Shown here: in pieces, positions 62,795 to 64,000 of the stretch
How positions within the stretch are numbered: the stretch's first letter is position 1
Layout of the letters: every line of letters begins with the position of its first letter
From: Lepidodermella squamata
Lineage: Eukaryota > Animalia > Gastrotricha
Direction of reading: 5' to 3'
DNA length: 64,000 bases
Assembly (NCBI GenBank): GCA_047495785.1
Contig: JBLDXI010000032.1
Coordinates: 1,922,001 to 1,986,000 of the forward strand
Made by a program: the position numbers and the translations under genes
The notes under the pieces: model-generated
The model's input: only the letters and a program-made list of their open reading frames with translations
Told to the model about the DNA's origin: nothing
Database searches by the model: none

Positions 62795-63287
62795 CCTCTA
62801 TGCACACACTCGTGTTTTATTTCGAAAACATATTGTAGATAGATCTTAACTGCTTGAGAACTAAAAATAGCTATTTTATTATAATTAATTATGATTTGAT
62901 GAGAGGTGCATGTAAGATACTGTGCTACTTGTTATTGTACAAGTGGTAGTGCAAAATTTGGCACGAGTCCTTAACTACAGATAACACGATGTCATTTAAA
63001 GATTTGCTAAAATTGTGCTGTGATATTTTTGTTGAAATTTGATGCTGTGATATCTGAATACAAATAAATGATGATTACTTTTCGAGTAGTTCTTATAAGA
63101 AAGCAATGTGATTCATCGTTAACTCGTTTTACTAATATTTTCTGTTTTTTATTTATTTTCGTTGTTTCTGTTATAGGTTTTGTAAATTTGATCTCCGCTG
63201 TGAACATTTTTATATTTTGTTATATAGATTTTATTTTATTTCCATTTTTCTGTTCTCTAGTTTTTTAATTAAAAGCGTAACTCTCGG

Positions 63288-64000
63288 ATGGGTTGCGGCT
63301 CTAGTAGTCAGTTGGTGGTGACAAGCGCAGCACCAGGTGTCGCTGTCCGCCAGCTGCGAAGCGTTGAAGACCTAACTTTCACTGATATTGAAACAGCCTG
63401 GGTCGTCGCTAATCAAACCGCGTCGAATAAGCCGATAAGCCCGCCTGTGATTAAACGAGCCGGTTGGCGTACAATCCGCATATTCGTGTCTTCCACATTC
63501 AAAGATTTCGACTCGGAACGCGAGATTCTTGTCAAGAAGGTCTTCCCTGATTTGAGGGTTTGGTGCCAATCGAGACGCCTTCATCTTATCGAATGTGATT
63601 TGCGCTGGGTTTGCAATTTCATATTTTCTTGAATTTTCGAATTTTGTAAAAAATTTGTAGGGAGTTCCCATCGATGCAACTACCGAAACTACCCTTCGAA
63701 CTTGTTTGGGAGAAATCGATCGTTGTTACTCGGAAAACGTCATGCCTTTTTTCGTGAATATGACCTCAGAAAGGATAGGCTGGGTCCCACTAGGTATATA
63801 TTTTTCTACAGTAAAATTGCATGATTAATGTTTCCATTTAAAGGAGAGGACATTCCCGAAGCAGTAAAGTCAGAATATAAATGGGTCGATGGTCTTTCAG
63901 TTACCGAAATGGAAATAATGCATGGTGCTTATAGACCAGACAATCCAAATGGTATGCGAATTTTTGTTTTAAAAAATCCATTTTAACGTTTTTAATAATA
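63288..64000 (+). CDS. 5' part of a DUF4062 (NPHP3/TEP1-like N-terminal domain) protein, probably STAND-TPR; predicted N-myristoylated; 3'-truncated by the window
   Basis: MGCGSSS start; WRTIRIFVSSTFKDFDSEREILVKKVFPDLR..C......LIECDLRW|GV; in-frame introns 63609-63660 and 63794-63843; TCLGEIDRC, SERIGWVP and SVTEMEIMHG are DUF4062 hallmarks. Confidence 0.85.

Overview
Eukaryotic (most likely invertebrate) genomic DNA with short (~45-75 nt) AT-rich GT-AG introns. The window holds a co-oriented (+) tandem cluster of five giant kinase-less Roco genes (Roco1-5; Roco4 is frameshifted). Read by eye, their architecture is [WH2 in copies 3-5]-FBXL-type LRR-degenerate pseudo-ROC/COR-[MBT-like in copies 3-5]-Cys/His domain-LRR-ROC GTPase-COR-TIR (no catalytic Glu)-TIR (Glu intact)-Cys/His domain-CaaX. 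The cluster is bracketed by the 3' part of a NACHT-like/TPR STAND gene and the 5' part of a DUF4062-type STAND gene with a myristoylation-like N-terminus. Copies 3-5 arose by segmental duplication and drag along pseudogene stubs of the neighbouring genes. They are patchwork mosaics with focal hypervariable patches. The spacers are filled with non-autonomous DNA transposons, including a 3.9-kb foldback element with 1252-bp inverted arms inserted into an adenylate-cyclase-9-like relic. Best overall hypothesis (inference): a rapidly evolving, membrane-anchored Roco-TIR/STAND innate-immune locus, possibly operonic. All domain calls are by motif recognition, without database searches.
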